From an uncultured delta proteobacterium (lineage in GTDB: Bacteria; Myxococcota_A; Polyangia; Fen-1088): a stretch of DNA of 64,000 nucleotides. Location of the stretch: assembly GCA_963767925.1 (NCBI GenBank), contig CAVYGB010000008.1:1664001-1728000 (forward strand). The letters are read 5' to 3'. Below, in pieces: positions 63,321 to 64,000 of this stretch. The position numbers and the translations under genes are program-made. The notes below the pieces were generated by a model. The model ran no database searches, was not told the DNA's origin, and saw only the letters and a list, made by a program, of their open reading frames with translations. Numbering within the stretch: the first letter of the stretch is position 1; the number at the start of each line of letters is the position of its first letter.

Positions 63321-64000
63321 GTGACCGGGGCGGTCTTGCTCGTCGCCATCTGGGCAAACCCGGTTTTTTCCTGGCCGGGGGCGGTCGAGCGTGCTGCGCG
63401 GGACCTCGAGTCCCGGGATCGTGCCCTCCGGACCCAGGCGGTCGAGCGCCTGGCCGAGATGGAGGGTGAGCCCGCCCGGGCCCTGCTGCGCGGGGTGCTG
63501 GACGATCCGGACCCCGCCCTGCGCCTGGCCGCCGCCCGGATCCTCGTCGCCCTGAGCGACGAGAAGGGCCTCGGCGTGGTGACCGAGTGGGTGGCGGCCG
63601 GGTTTGCCACCGACCGGGTGGCCGGGCTGGAGGCCCTGCGCCTGCCGCCCACGCTGCCCCCGGCCACGCGCGGCGCGGTGGAGCGTGCGCTCGCCGACCC
63701 GGAGCCGAACGTCCGGCTGGCGGCCATCGAGGTGCTGGGCCGGGCCCGGGCCGAGTCGGCGGCCGCGGTGGCGGGACGGCTCGACGACACCGTCCCGGCC
63801 GTGCGGCTGGCGGCAGTGCGGTTGCTGGCCGAGGCCCGCGACCCGCGAACGGCGCTGCCCCTCATCGAGCGGCTGGGGGACGCCGATCGCCAGATCCAGC
63901 GAGAGGCCATCGGGGCGCTGGCCCGGCTCGGCGATCGCCGGGTCGAACCCGCCCTGCTGCGGGTGATCGAGAGCGGCTCGGACGATCTGCGGCTGGCGGC
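63321..64000 (+). CDS. Exported HEAT repeat protein (3' end outside window)
   Basis: Open frame from GTG 63321 to window end: hydrophobic N-terminus then HEAT repeats (LDDPDPALRLAAARIL, LADPEPNVRLAAIEVL). Confidence 0.8.
   Translation, partial: MTGAVLLVAIWANPVFSWPGAVERAARDLESRDRALRTQAVERLAEMEGEPARALLRGVLDDPDPALRLAAARILVALSDEKGLGVVTEWVAAGFATDRVAGLEALRLPPTLPPATRGAVERALADPEPNVRLAAIEVLGRARAESAAAVAGRLDDTVPAVRLAAVRLLAEARDPRTALPLIERLGDADRQIQREAIGALARLGDRRVEPALLRVIESGSDDLRLA

Overview
This is a very GC-rich (roughly 70% by eye), gene-dense chromosomal window with about 54 genes. It most likely comes from a Myxococcota bacterium, judged from the TIGR02266-type PilZ protein, the MXAN_5187-like sensor, AgmX/PglI C-terminal domains and the large TPR and HEAT proteins. 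Housekeeping genes include folD, phhA, mnmA, an iscS-type cysteine desulfurase, nadD, namZ, gltA, infA, glk, tatD, murJ, purC, purB and ilvD, interspersed with lineage-specific envelope and signalling genes. I saw no rRNA, tRNA, CRISPR array, transposase or integrase. gltA, the KamA-family gene, rpiB-pgi and purB carry small indels, most plausibly long-read errors, several of them at GATC. The best candidates for undescribed biology are: (1) an HExxH (EpmC/zincin-like) plus double Cys-cluster (YkgJ/FliB-type) protein coupled to an FAD oxidoreductase; (2) a Clp/Hsp100 protein with a catalytically dead first AAA+ ring and no M-domain or IGF loop; (3) a pseudokinase-GYF-TM-AgmX_C protein resembling GltJ; (4) a stand-alone RNAP alpha-CTD-like protein behind a perfect operator palindrome; (5) a VWA plus HEAT/TPR pair with no MoxR gene nearby; (6) a KamA aminomutase coupled to a Cys-motif partner; (7) an RpiB-Pgi fusion. 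Non-coding signals include repeated leaderless promoter geometry, a structured 5' UTR candidate, a 104-nt adenine-free tract and phased 11-bp repeats. All family calls come from motif recognition by eye, not database searches.
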